From contig CAVSDR010000004.1 in the NCBI GenBank assembly GCA_963726745.1, forward strand, positions 64,001 through 128,000: a stretch of DNA of 64,000 nt, written 5' to 3'. A program made the position numbers and the translations under genes. The stretch comes from an uncultured Verrucomicrobiae bacterium. Its GTDB lineage: Bacteria > Verrucomicrobiota > Verrucomicrobiia > Chthoniobacterales > UBA10450. Under the pieces are notes generated by a model, which made no database searches, was not told the origin of the DNA, and saw only the letters and a list, made by a program, of their open reading frames with translations. This document shows positions 10,412 through 21,330 of the stretch, piece after piece. Position 1 is the stretch's first letter. Each line of letters opens with the position of its first letter.

Positions 10412-11795
10412 CTAGTGCCCGCCGGTGGTGGAGACGCCTTGCATGCCTTCCGCGCCGCTAAGCTTCGGCCAAAGAAAACCGTAAGCCGCCACGAAGGCGA
10501 AGCAAAACATCGGCACGATGAAGCCGCGGGAGAGATCATAATGATCCGCGACCGCGCCCATGACCTTCGGCAGGATGGCCCCGCCCATGATCGCCATGAC
10601 GATGAAGGAGGAGGCCTTCTTGGCCCTTTCCCCAAGCCCAAAAATTCCCAGCGCAAAAATAGTCGGAAACATGATCGACATGAAGAAGTAGGTTAGGAAA
10701 ACCGCCACCACCGAAATCCACCCGAGCTTCAGGAAGATCACACCGCAAAGAAGCACGCTCAGGAGCGAGTAGAACCCGAGGACGCGATGAGCCGCATACT
10801 TCTTCAGGATCGCGGAGCCGGTAAACCGGCCGACGAGAAAGCAGAGAAAACCTAACGAAGCCAGATTGGACGCGGATTTGTTGGTGAAACCCAGCAGGCC
10901 ATTGCCGTGAACCTCGAACCAGCCGGCAAAGCGGCTACCAGGTTCGTTCCAGGCCGCGGGAATCGCCGGCACCTGCGAGGTCATGTAGTTGATGAAGAAG
11001 CTAAAGATGCCCGCCTGCGCGGCGACATAAAGGAATTGCGCCAGCACCGCCATCCAGAAGTGCGGATGCGCCCAGATGGAATGCGAGACCGTCGTCTTGG
11101 GATCGTCCAGATGGTAATCGTCCTCCATCTTGACGTCGGGCATCCGGGCAAAGAAGAAGATCACCGCGAGCACGAGGACAATGCACGCCGATGGCGGCGT
11201 AGGGCACCCAGAGCATTTCCGCTCCCGTGCTTTGCCCGGAGGCATCCTTGGAATAGAAGAACATTCCGCCGGCAATCGGCCCGAGAAGCAGACCGATGCC
11301 ATTGGTCGACTGCGCGAGATTGATCCGGGTGGCGGCATATTGGATCGGCCCAAGCACGGTGGTGTAAGGGTTGGCGATCGTTTCCAGAAAGGTTAGCCCG
11401 GCAGCGATAATGCAGACACCGAGAAGGAAGGCCCAGAACTGCGCAATCTGGGTCGCGGGGATAAACCAAAAACCGCCCACCGCCACAATCAACAGCCCAG
11501 TGATAATCCCTCCCTTGTAACCGAGCTTGGTCGCCAGCCAACCAGCCGGCAGCGCCATGAGAAAGTAGCCTAAATAGTGCGCAAATTGTACCCAGGCCGA
11601 TTGTGCCAGAGTAAGGTGCAGCTCTTCCTGGAAGTGCTTATCCATCACATCGATCATTCCGTTGCAGAAACCCCAAAGGGCAAACAGCAGGATGAGAAGC
11701 GTGAAGACGAACAGGACGTTGCGCCCGTCCTCGAGGATAAACATGCCTCGCTTCGGGGCCAGGCTGGGATCAAGCGGAGTCGGGTGATGTTCCAT
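10412..11795 (-). CDS. FucP/GluP-family MFS sugar:H+ symporter (apparent frameshift near 11185)
   Basis: LFALWGF, FLETIANPY and RINLAQS in ORF 11001-11795; AQFLYVAAQ, SIMFPTIF and MAIMGGA in ORF 10412-11353. Confidence 0.85.
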
Positions 11796-11806
11796 AAGTT
11801 GGTTTT

Positions 11807-13159
11807 CTAAAAGGTGACTCCCATTTGCGCGCCAAGCACCACAGCGTTCGGAATCTCGCCGGTGCCGCCGGGATCGATAACGTATTGAATATCCGGTTGA
11901 AAGTAACTCCAGGCCGTGAGCTGTAAGCGATGTGCGAATTCCAGCACTTTCTCGGAATCAGCCAGCGCTCCGCCGGGACGGCGCACGCTGCGGGCATAAA
12001 CGCGGCTGATGTCGCCGTAGATAAAATGCAACATGGTGTGGTCTTTCTCCCGCGTCGGGAAAAGGCCGACGTAGTTTAAGCCGAGGTTTACCTGAAAAGG
12101 CACGATCGAGATCTTGGTTTGCGGGTAGTAACCGGAAGCAAGGAAAGCAACCAACCCTTGCTCACTCCCCGGTGTTTCCCCGTAAATCATCTGGTCGGCA
12201 TGCAGGTAGAATCCGTAAGAATGGTCCTCGAAGCCGCCGCCAAAGCGCTGGTAAAAATCCCACTGCGAAAACGTGACGCCAAAATGGTAATGCCCTGGCA
12301 AGCCGCGCAGAATCGGCGCGCCGCCTTTTGCGTCCGCGCCCCGGACTGGCTGCTTCCAAAACTGCGGTGCCCAGCCAAACTGGACGATCGCCGTGTAACC
12401 GTCGTCGGACCCGATGCTCCAGTTCAACCCATGGTCATTGTTGTTAAACATATCCCTCGAGGTCTGGTAGAAGCCGAACTTAAAGTTGAGCTCCGGCGAA
12501 GGGTCGTAAAACAGCGCCGCCGCCCAGACAGCGAAGGGATAAGCCGAGAAGCGGGTATTGAAGAGCACATTGCGGATGTCGCCGTTGATTCCGTTGTTCA
12601 AGGAATAGCCGTAGAAGGGCGAGGCATTAAAGTCATCCGAGGCGCCGAAGCGCCCCAGCTTCAAAGTGAATCGGTCGCCGGCCAGCTTCTGTTGAAGATA
12701 AACCTGGTAAAGGAAGGGGCGTTGCCCGCCGACCGACTGCTGCACCGAGTAGAGGCTGCCCACGTAGAGATTCGTTAGGTCGTCACCTTGCCGGTTAATC
12801 CCACTAACGACAAACAGGCCGCCCGGCCAGCCGGCCAACTTCGCGAGGTCGAATTTAAAACCGAGCCAGGCGTCGTCGACGTAGCTGGCGTGCTGGGGAT
12901 CGAACCCGCCGCGGACGTTGCCATTAAAGATACTGTTGTAAAAGCCGAAGACCTCGACCCCGGCGTTTAGCCAACGCGTGCGCGCGCCGCCCCAGTCGCC
13001 CGTCAGGTGATCGGCGGCGGTGAAACCACCGGGCTGGACCGCGGCTTCATCCCGGGCTTGCAAGATCGAGCGATCGGAGCGGGAAAGAGGGACCGCATCC
13101 TGCGCCTGCGCCGTGGCCAGGCAAACCCACCCACATAGGGCTGGCAGGAGGAGTTTCAT
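11807..13159 (-). CDS. OprB-family carbohydrate-selective porin
   Basis: Signal peptide; LTGDWGGART, FQPDIQYVIDPGG and terminal Phe. Confidence 0.9.
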   Translation of the reverse strand: MKLLLPALCGWVCLATAQAQDAVPLSRSDRSILQARDEAAVQPGGFTAADHLTGDWGGARTRWLNAGVEVFGFYNSIFNGNVRGGFDPQHASYVDDAWLGFKFDLAKLAGWPGGLFVVSGINRQGDDLTNLYVGSLYSVQQSVGGQRPFLYQVYLQQKLAGDRFTLKLGRFGASDDFNASPFYGYSLNNGINGDIRNVLFNTRFSAYPFAVWAAALFYDPSPELNFKFGFYQTSRDMFNNNDHGLNWSIGSDDGYTAIVQFGWAPQFWKQPVRGADAKGGAPILRGLPGHYHFGVTFSQWDFYQRFGGGFEDHSYGFYLHADQMIYGETPGSEQGLVAFLASGYYPQTKISIVPFQVNLGLNYVGLFPTREKDHTMLHFIYGDISRVYARSVRRPGGALADSEKVLEFAHRLQLTAWSYFQPDIQYVIDPGGTGEIPNAVVLGAQMGVTF

Positions 13160-13278
13160 CGGGGAGACGAGGTCCGTTGGCAGGATTAGCGAAGAAGCGC
13201 GGACAAGGCCAGCACGGTCTTTGCCGGCGGCGATTCTCTTGCAGCTTGTCGAGCGGCCGGATGCAAAGAGGTTACCCG

Positions 13279-13959
13279 ATGAAGTTCACTTACTACGGAC
13301 ACGCCTGCTTCGCAGTCCAGGCGGGCGGCCTGCATCTCTTGTTCGATCCTTTTGTTTCTCCAAACCCCCTCGCGAAGGAGATCGATGTCGCCAAAATAGC
13401 CGCCGATTTCATTCTCGTCTCACACGGGCACGGCGATCATGTGGCCGATGTGGTCGCGATCGCAGAACGCACCGGCGCGACCGTGATTGCGCCTTTTGAA
13501 GTGGGCGACTGGTTCGAGAAGAAAGGCGTGAAAAACGTCCAGGCGATGAACCATGGCGGAGCGGCGCAATTGCCCTTCGGCCGGGTGAAACTAACCAGCG
13601 CAATCCACAGCAGCTCTATGCCCGATGGTAGTTATGGCGGCGAGCCCGCGGGCTTTCTCGTCGAGTCGAACGACGGCAACTTCTACTACTCCGGCGACAC
13701 CGCGCTCACGCTCGACATGAAGCTCATCGCCGAGGCTACGGCCCTGCGGTTTGCCGTCCTGCCGATTGGCGACTTCTACACCATGGGCGTCGAGGATGCC
13801 CTGCGCGCGGCGGAGTTTGCCGGCGCGCCGAAAATCGTGGGCGTGCACTACGACACTTTTCCGCCCATCGAACTCGACCGCGAGAAAGCCCTGCGCCTGG
13901 CGAAGGCTGCGGGTCGCGACCTGCTGCTGCCGAAGATCGGCGAAACGATCGAAGTCTAG
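13279..13959 (+). CDS. Metallo-beta-lactamase-fold hydrolase (UPF0173-like)
   Basis: YYGHACF, SHGHGDH, YYSGDT, LPIGD and HYDTFP motifs. Confidence 0.9.
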   Translation: MKFTYYGHACFAVQAGGLHLLFDPFVSPNPLAKEIDVAKIAADFILVSHGHGDHVADVVAIAERTGATVIAPFEVGDWFEKKGVKNVQAMNHGGAAQLPFGRVKLTSAIHSSSMPDGSYGGEPAGFLVESNDGNFYYSGDTALTLDMKLIAEATALRFAVLPIGDFYTMGVEDALRAAEFAGAPKIVGVHYDTFPPIELDREKALRLAKAAGRDLLLPKIGETIEV

Positions 13960-14258
13960 TCGAATTTCCACCCGCGCTGTTTCGGCGGGCGCAGCTTGTA
14001 GCGCCCGCCGGCCAGGCGGCGGATACCATCGAAGACACCGTCGCAGCCATCGGCTTTCGTTTGGTAAACCAGCCGAAGAAGTTCCCCGAGCTTTCCTTCC
14101 GGGAAACCCTTGAGCGCGAACCAGGCGAGGTATTCCGCCGGCAGGTCGTAGATCGGCACGCCTTTGGGCGGGTAGTTTTTTGGACCGAACATCCCGAAGG
14201 GCATGTGATAACGGCTGATCTCGGCCAGCACGGCGGCGGCATCGGACTCGTGGCTCAT
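13956..14258 (-). CDS. DUF3820-like small protein
   Basis: MPFG...DLPAEYLAWF..KGFPEGKLGELL pattern. Confidence 0.8.
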   Translation of the reverse strand: MSHESDAAAVLAEISRYHMPFGMFGPKNYPPKGVPIYDLPAEYLAWFALKGFPEGKLGELLRLVYQTKADGCDGVFDGIRRLAGGRYKLRPPKQRGWKFD

Positions 14259-14266
14259 CTCGCTGC

Positions 14267-16489
14267 CTAACGAGGAATTCGTTCGCTCCGCAAAACCGGA
14301 CTGAGTTGCAAATAGACAGCCGCTTCACCGCCGGTGGCACCGCCGATCCCGAGGTAGAGCGGACCCACGATGGTATCGGCGCCTAGGAACAGCGCGCCGC
14401 CGTACTTCATGTGCGTGAAATCGAACTGGTCCAGCTCCGACCAAACCCGCCCGGCCTCAACCGAGAAGCCGGCGTAAATCCCGCCACCAAAAGCCGCCGG
14501 CAACTTTGCCAGCTCGCGGTAGTAGATCACTTCCGCGACCGCGGCGTTCTGGTCGAGCAAACCGCGGCGCGCATAGCCCGAAAGCTGGAACAAGCCGCCT
14601 AACGAGGAGCGATCGTAGTAAGGCAGGTCGTTCCTTTCGAGATTCAACCCCGCGACCACGCGCGGGATGATCGTGTTTCGGCCGAAGGCGATCGGCTTGT
14701 AGAACTCCGCATCCAGCCGGCTGTAGTTGGCCGAGGCGCCAAAAGCGCCGCGCGAAACCGTGCCGGTGGCGCTGCCGTAGTAGCCGCTCGCGGGGAAGTT
14801 CGCGCGGTCGAGCGTGTCAAAGGTCAGCCGGGCCCGGAGCTCGCCGCGGCCGCTCCAGCCTTCCGTCTCCGCCGGCAGGCCAAGGGTCCGGCCGATGTGA
14901 CTCCCGCCGCCGGTGTAGCCGAGCCGGAACTCGCCCACCTGCCCCAGGCGCAGCCCGGCATCGATCCCGCCGAGCGCGTTTTGCAGGCGGAAGCCGAGCC
15001 GCCGGTCCGAGGCGTCAAGGGCATTCAGAAATTCATTCGCATAAAGCACATTGGCCGCGAGGAAGAAGCGGCGCGATGGCTCCACTGGTTGATACCATTC
15101 CGAGTAAACCCGGGTGAGATCGCCGATGCTCAGGAAAGTCTCCCATTCCGCGCCTAACGAGTTCAAATCCGTGAGGCGGAACGACAGCAGCACGTCGGCA
15201 GCGGTCTCGCCGGCGGAGGTGTAGTTAAAGTCGAAGCCGAGGTTGAGGTAGTTTGGCCCGCGGCGTTTCGGTTTCGTCTCCAGGCGCAGGCCATAGACGC
15301 CATCGGCCTCGACTACGCGGAAGTCCACGATCTCGGAATGCCGCAAGGCGTCGCGGCCGAGGAGCTCTTTTTCCAACTGCCAGAGCTCAATCTTTTCGCC
15401 CGGCGCGAAGTGGATCGCGCGCTCCAGTTGCTGCCGCGTGACCCCATTCGCCCCCGGAATTTCCAGGAAGGAAATGCTCGTCCCCTCTCCGTGCGCGGTG
15501 CGTTGGGCGGCGAGATATTGCTGCCAATTTCCCGGGCCCACCGCCAGCGGGCGCAGTGCGGCCGCGTCGGTCATGGCTTGCTCGTAACCGATCGGGATGT
15601 TCGCGCTCGAGCCGGCAAAATCCGCCGAGCCCGCGCCCGGCAAACGCAGCCGCACGTAGACGTCGCGGCCGCGGAGGCTCTGCACCTGCGCGCGAGTTTC
15701 ACGCTGGATCAGGATGTCGAGCATTTGATTCGCGACCGCAATCGCGGAAGCGAGTTCCTCGGGCGACTTCTCGAGATCCGGCATGACGTCGACGGCAATG
15801 ATCACCTCCGCGCCCATGTCCCGCGCGGTCGCGATCGGCAGGTTCGCGGAAAGGCCGCCATCCACCAGCATGCGGCCGTCGATTTCATGCGGCGTGAACA
15901 CGCCGGGCACGGCCATGCTCGCGCGCATCGCATCCGCGAGGTCGCCACGGCCGAGGACCATTTTTTCGCCGGTTTGCAGGTCGGTCGCGATCGCGCGAAA
16001 GGGAATCGGCAGCCGGTCGAAATCGTGAATTTTGCGCACCGGCAGCGTCAGCTCGCGCAAATTAAGCAGCACTTTCTGCCCGGAGATAAATCCAGCCGGC
16101 AACTGCAAATCGCCGGAACGCGAAAGACCGATCTCGAGGTTCTGATTGATCGTCGCGTCGCGCTGTTTTTCGCGAAAGGAACGGCTCTCGCGCGGCGGCG
16201 AATCGGAGAGGAGATACCGCCAGTCCGCGTCGCGGAACCAACGCTCGATTTCCTCCGGCGACATCCCACTGGCATAAAGCCCACCCACGACTGCGCCCAT
16301 GCTCGTGCCGGAAATGTAGTCGATCGGAACGTGCAACTTTTCCAGCGCTTTGAGCACGCCGATGTGGGCCACGCCGCGCGCGCCACCGCCGCTCAAGACG
16401 AGACCGACCTTCGGGCGCCCGGTCCGCCGAGTAGCTGTCGGTTCGGCCGCATCCTGCGCCTGCAGAAAAAGAGGCAGCAAGATGAGCAA
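14267..16489 (-). CDS. Patatin-like phospholipase fused to POTRA/Omp85-type barrel (PlpD-like); start uncertain
   Basis: LSGGGARG, GTSMG and VDGG patatin motifs followed by a beta-strand-rich C-terminal half. Confidence 0.85.
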   Translation of the reverse strand: MLILLPLFLQAQDAAEPTATRRTGRPKVGLVLSGGGARGVAHIGVLKALEKLHVPIDYISGTSMGAVVGGLYASGMSPEEIERWFRDADWRYLLSDSPPRESRSFREKQRDATINQNLEIGLSRSGDLQLPAGFISGQKVLLNLRELTLPVRKIHDFDRLPIPFRAIATDLQTGEKMVLGRGDLADAMRASMAVPGVFTPHEIDGRMLVDGGLSANLPIATARDMGAEVIIAVDVMPDLEKSPEELASAIAVANQMLDILIQRETRAQVQSLRGRDVYVRLRLPGAGSADFAGSSANIPIGYEQAMTDAAALRPLAVGPGNWQQYLAAQRTAHGEGTSISFLEIPGANGVTRQQLERAIHFAPGEKIELWQLEKELLGRDALRHSEIVDFRVVEADGVYGLRLETKPKRRGPNYLNLGFDFNYTSAGETAADVLLSFRLTDLNSLGAEWETFLSIGDLTRVYSEWYQPVEPSRRFFLAANVLYANEFLNALDASDRRLGFRLQNALGGIDAGLRLGQVGEFRLGYTGGGSHIGRTLGLPAETEGWSGRGELRARLTFDTLDRANFPASGYYGSATGTVSRGAFGASANYSRLDAEFYKPIAFGRNTIIPRVVAGLNLERNDLPYYDRSSLGGLFQLSGYARRGLLDQNAAVAEVIYYRELAKLPAAFGGGIYAGFSVEAGRVWSELDQFDFTHMKYGGALFLGADTIVGPLYLGIGGATGGEAAVYLQLSPVLRSERIPR

Positions 16490-16586
16490 AGCTGCGCCGA
16501 GGCGAGCCGCGATTCCGAGAGTGTAGCTTCCCCGTTCGATGCGCGGACTATATCGCCGCGCGCATCGAAGGGGAAGCGCTCCGCTA

Positions 16587-19500
16587 CTACTTGGCCTTCG
16601 CAGGATTGCGGTCGGGATAAGCCGGGATCGGTGGAAGCTGGTAGTTCTTCGTCTTCCGCTCCTCCTGGATCTCCGCAATCGCGCGGTCGAGCTGCTGGTC
16701 CTCGCCCTTGAATTCGCGCGCCGGGTCGTTGTCGACCACGATGTCGGGCTCGACCCCGCGGCTCTCGATCACCCAGCTGCTCCCGTCTTTCGCATAGGGC
16801 GCAAACTCCGGCCGGAAGAGCTGCCCGCCATCGGCCAGCGGCAGCGGATTACGAATCCCGACGACGCCGCCCCAAGTGCGTTTCCCGATCAGTTTCCCGA
16901 GGCCCATGGTCTTGAAGCGATAAGGGAAGATGTCGCCGTCGGAAGCGGAGAACTCGTTGATCAAGGTCACCATCGGCCCGAGGAAAGTATTCGGCGGATT
17001 GGTTTGCGCAGTGCCGTTGCGCGACATCTCCACCATTACCAGCTGGCGGCGCAGTTTCTCGATGATCAACGGCGAAACGAAGCCACCGCCGTTCCCGCGC
17101 ACGTCGACGATCAACGCCTTCTTTTTCACCTGCGGAAAATACATCTTGGTGAACTGATTCAGGCCGGCCTGGCTCATGTCGGGGATGTGCAGGTAACCGA
17201 CCTCGCCGTTCGTTTTCTTGTTCACGTACTCGACGTTCCGCTGCACCCACGCGAGGTAATAAAGCCCGCTTTCATCGGCCGTCGGGACAACCACGACATC
17301 GCGCGCGCCATCCTCGGCCGGCTTGGAATTCACCCGCAAGGTGACCTGTTTGTCCGCCTGGCCGATGAGTGCCTCATAGATGTTGCCTAACGAGGAGACG
17401 GGAATGCCGTTAATCGCGAGGATGTAGTCGCCCGGCTTCACGTTCACGCCCACTTCAGTAAGCGGCGACCGCGTGTGCTTGTCCCAGTTCTCGCCCGGGA
17501 GGATGCGATCGATCCGGTAAGCTTTGCTCGCGGCGTCGCGCGAGAGTTCCGCGCCGAGCAGGCCGAGTTTGATTCGGGGAAGTTCCGGGCGTTCGCCGCC
17601 GGCGACGTAGGCGTGGCCGTTGTTCAACTCGCCGATGAGCTCACCAATCAGGTAGGTCAGGTCATTGCGGTGATTCACGAACGGCAGGAGCGCGGCGTAT
17701 TTGTCGCGCATTGCCGGCCAGTCGATCCCGTTCATGTTCGGCGCGTAGAAGAAGTCGCGCATTTGCCGCCAGGCTTCGAAATAGATCTGCCGCCACTGCG
17801 CGTGGCGATCGAGCATCATGTCGAGGCCCTTGAGCTTGAGCTTAAAGTCTTTCCCGGCCTTCTCGTCCTTCAGCTCCAGCTTGTCCTTCGGCAGGTCGAC
17901 GATCGCGTAATCGTCCTTCACTTTAACCAGCATTTTCTTCCCATCGGCGCTGATCTCGTAATTGTTCACATCGCCGAGCACGGTCTCTTTCCGATCTTCC
18001 AGACTGTAGACGCAGAGGTGCGCCTTGCGGCTGCCGGGACCGCCCTCTTCCTCATCACCGCTTTCGTCGGCGACCGTGCGGCGGAGATAAAAGACGCGAT
18101 CGCCGATCTTGCGGAGCTGTCCGTAGTCACCGCGCACGATGTCGAGCGCGATCAAACGCTGGCCAATGCCGTCGAGGTCCACCTTCACCACGACTGGCTT
18201 TTTCGGCTCCTTGGCGTCCTTCCCCTCGCCCTTCTTTTCGTCGCCTTTTTTCGCTTCGCCTTCGTCCTTCTTCTTCTCGGCCTTGCCGACCTCGTCGCTC
18301 TTCGGACCGAGCGGATTCTCCGTCTCCTTCGCCAGGGTCACGAGGTAGACGCGGCTCATGTCACGATAGAGCGCGGCGAAATCCTCCTGGCCAAAGAGCG
18401 GATCGAAATCGCGGCTCGAAGTGAGCAGGAGATACTTCCCGTCGTCGCTGAAAGTCGGGTCGCCGGCGGAATACCAGTTGTCCGTTACCGGCGTCGTCTT
18501 TTTGTCGGCTAACGAGTAGAGGTAAACCTTGTCGAAGTTGTTTTCCTCCGGGCGCGACCAGGCGATCCACTGGCTGTCGGGCGACCAATCATAACCGCGA
18601 ATTTCCCCGTTCGGGTCCTGGTCCACCTGCGTGATCGCCTTGCTCGCGAGATCCACAAAGCGCAACCGCTGCAGGCGATCGCTCCAGAGGAGCTTCTTCG
18701 AGTCGGGCGACCAGATCGGCTTGTAATAGTATGTGTCTGCACCGCTCGTGATCTGCTGCGGTTGGCCGCTGCCATCCTGCGCCCGCACGTAGAGTTCGTT
18801 CTCACCGGTCGCGTCCGAGTTGTAGGCAATCCACTTGCCGTCAGGCGACCAGGTGGCGTCGCGCTCATGCGCCTCCGAGGTGCGGGTGAGCGTGCGCGGC
18901 GAGCCGTCCTTCGCCGGGACAGTAAAGAGATTGCCGCGGCCAACCACGACCGCGCGCTCGCCATCGGGCGCGATCGCGACGGAGCCGATTTGCTTCGAGG
19001 CATCGACCATCGCGGTGCGGCCGGAAGCCAGGTCTTCCTTGATTTCGATCGGCACCGGCTGGGCCTGGCCGCTGGCGAGATCGTAACGCCAAATATAGCC
19101 GGCCTGCTCGAAGACAATCGCGTCCTTCCCGATCGACGGGAACTTGATGTCAAAATCCTTGAACTGCGTCAGCTGCTTCGTCTCCTTCGAGCCGAGATCG
19201 GTCACGAAGAGATTCATTCGGCCGTCGCGATCGGAGAGGTAGTAGATCTTGTTCTCCGGGCCCCACATCGGGCAAATGTCCTGCGCCTCGTTATTGGTCA
19301 GGTTCTCGGTCGTGCCGGTCTTGAAATCGAAGATCCAGATGTCGTCGGCCATCCCGCCGCGATACCCTTTCCAGGTGCGGAACTCGCGGAAGATGCGGTT
19401 GAAAGCCATCTTCGAATCGTCCGGCGAGAAGGAAAGAAAACCGCCGCGCGGGATCGGCATCGGCGTGGGCAGGTCGCCCTCCATCCCCACGGTAAAGAGG

Positions 19501-19958
19501 TCGCCGTTAAAGGAATTGAACGTCTTCATGCGCGAGCGAAAGGCCACCCGCGGCTTCGTGTTTTGCCAGCCGAGGACGATATTGTTCGGCCCCATGCGAT
19601 CGGAGATGTCGTCGCGCGCGAGCGTGGCCGTGGTCGTGAGCCGCTTCGGCTCGCCGCCGTCGCCCGGCATCACATAGACCTCGGTGTTGCCGTCGTATTG
19701 CGAAGTGAAAGCGAGCTGCGCCCCATCGGGCGAGAAGTGCGGGAAGGAAGTGTAGCCCGGGCCACTCGTTAGCCGGCGGGCCACGCCGCCCTCCTTCGGC
19801 ACAGTGTAGAGTTCACCCGCATAATCGAAGACGATCTGCGCGCCATTGGTCGTAGGGAAACGCAGCAGCCGGGTGGTTTTCGGTAATTCGGGCGACTGCG
19901 CGAAGGCGGAGACGGCGAGGAGCGGAAGGAGGAGGAAGAGGCGGGAGAGGAAACGCAT
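16587..19958 (-). CDS. Tricorn-like S41 protease
   Basis: Signal peptide, PD40 beta-propeller repeats, PDZ, DVRGNGGG, SASDGD, GKRTWGG. Confidence 0.92.
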   Translation of the reverse strand: MRFLSRLFLLLPLLAVSAFAQSPELPKTTRLLRFPTTNGAQIVFDYAGELYTVPKEGGVARRLTSGPGYTSFPHFSPDGAQLAFTSQYDGNTEVYVMPGDGGEPKRLTTTATLARDDISDRMGPNNIVLGWQNTKPRVAFRSRMKTFNSFNGDLFTVGMEGDLPTPMPIPRGGFLSFSPDDSKMAFNRIFREFRTWKGYRGGMADDIWIFDFKTGTTENLTNNEAQDICPMWGPENKIYYLSDRDGRMNLFVTDLGSKETKQLTQFKDFDIKFPSIGKDAIVFEQAGYIWRYDLASGQAQPVPIEIKEDLASGRTAMVDASKQIGSVAIAPDGERAVVVGRGNLFTVPAKDGSPRTLTRTSEAHERDATWSPDGKWIAYNSDATGENELYVRAQDGSGQPQQITSGADTYYYKPIWSPDSKKLLWSDRLQRLRFVDLASKAITQVDQDPNGEIRGYDWSPDSQWIAWSRPEENNFDKVYLYSLADKKTTPVTDNWYSAGDPTFSDDGKYLLLTSSRDFDPLFGQEDFAALYRDMSRVYLVTLAKETENPLGPKSDEVGKAEKKKDEGEAKKGDEKKGEGKDAKEPKKPVVVKVDLDGIGQRLIALDIVRGDYGQLRKIGDRVFYLRRTVADESGDEEEGGPGSRKAHLCVYSLEDRKETVLGDVNNYEISADGKKMLVKVKDDYAIVDLPKDKLELKDEKAGKDFKLKLKGLDMMLDRHAQWRQIYFEAWRQMRDFFYAPNMNGIDWPAMRDKYAALLPFVNHRNDLTYLIGELIGELNNGHAYVAGGERPELPRIKLGLLGAELSRDAASKAYRIDRILPGENWDKHTRSPLTEVGVNVKPGDYILAINGIPVSSLGNIYEALIGQADKQVTLRVNSKPAEDGARDVVVVPTADESGLYYLAWVQRNVEYVNKKTNGEVGYLHIPDMSQAGLNQFTKMYFPQVKKKALIVDVRGNGGGFVSPLIIEKLRRQLVMVEMSRNGTAQTNPPNTFLGPMVTLINEFSASDGDIFPYRFKTMGLGKLIGKRTWGGVVGIRNPLPLADGGQLFRPEFAPYAKDGSSWVIESRGVEPDIVVDNDPAREFKGEDQQLDRAIAEIQEERKTKNYQLPPIPAYPDRNPAKAK

Positions 19959-19983
19959 AGAGGTTTGGGGTTCAGCTTAGACG

Positions 19984-21292
19984 TCAACCTGCCGGGCGGC
20001 GTTCAAGATTCGGCAGAAACGCCGTCAGCAGCCCGATCAGTGGCAGATAAGAACAGACATGGAAGACGTAGGGAATCCCGCGGTGATCCGCCAGCACCCC
20101 GAGCACGGCTGAGCCGATTCCGCCCATGCCGAAGGCGAGGCCAAAGAAGAGCCCGCTCATCAGGCCGACTTTTCCGGGAACCAGTTCCTGCGCAAAGACC
20201 AGGATGGCCGAGAAAGCAGACGACAAGATCACGCCGATGATCGCGCTGAGCACAGCCGCACCAGAACAGATTCGCGTAGGGCAAGGCGAGCGCGAATGGA
20301 GTCACGCCCAGGATAGACGCCCAGATGACCGCCTTTCGCCCGATGCGGTCGCCGATCGGGCCGCCGAGGAAAGTGCCCGCGGCGATCGCGGCCAGGAAGA
20401 TGAAGAGATGAAGCTGCGCACTCTTTACCGAGAGGCCAAACTTCTCCATCAGGAAGAAGGTGTAATAGCTCCCCATGCTCGCGAGGTAGAAATACTTCGA
20501 GAAGACCAGGACCACGAGAACGCCTAACGAGAAGAAAACCCGCCGGCGCGCGAGCGGCGTCGCCCGGAGCAAGTGGCTGCCTAATTTCCGGCCCTCGCGC
20601 CGGCTCTCGTCCAGCCGCCGGCGATACCAGCGCCCGACGCCCGAGAGCACGAGGATGCCCGTGAGCGCAAGGAGGGTGAACCAGATGATCGCCCCCTGCC
20701 CGCGGCTGACGACGATGAGCGCCGCGAGCAGCGGCCCGAGCGAGCTCCCGGCATTCCCGCCTACCTGGAAAAGCGATTGCGCAAAGCCGTGCTGCCCGCC
20801 GGAGCTCAAGTGCGCCACGCGCGACGCTTCCGGATGAAAGACCGACGAGCCGATCCCGACCAGCCCAACCGCGAGCAGGACCAGCGTCAAAGTGCTGCCT
20901 AACGAGAGCAAAACCAGCCCCACGAGGGTGAAGGTCATCCCGATGGCGAGCGAGTAAGGCTGCGGGTGTTTGTCGGTGAAGAGGCCGACGAACGGCTGCA
21001 AGAGCGAGGCCGTGAGCTGATTCGTTAGCGTAATCAGCCCAATGTGGCGGAAGTCGAGATTGAGCTCCGTCTTGAGGATTGGGTAGATCGCCGGGATCAG
21101 CGATTGCAGGGTGTCGTTCAGCAGGTGCGCGAAGCTGAGCGCGCCCAGCACCCCGAGGACAGGCGCGGCGGCTTTCGGCAAGGCGATGTGATCCTCGGCG
21201 CAAACTGGCGGGCCGCTCGGCGGCGCTTCGACTTCCCCTGGCACGCCCCGACCTTCCACCGCCCGCGCGCGCTCGTCGCGTGGATTCTCCAC
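19984..21292 (-). CDS. fsr: Fosmidomycin-resistance-type MFS transporter (apparent frameshift near 20254)
   Basis: HLLND, FHPEASRVA, QSLFQVGGN, FSKYFY; C-terminal SAFSAILVFAQELVPGKVG..GLFFG lies in a second frame. Confidence 0.85.
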
Positions 21293-21330
21293 GGTTGCAA
21301 AGCGAGCCTGCTTCGGAATGATTCCCCGCG

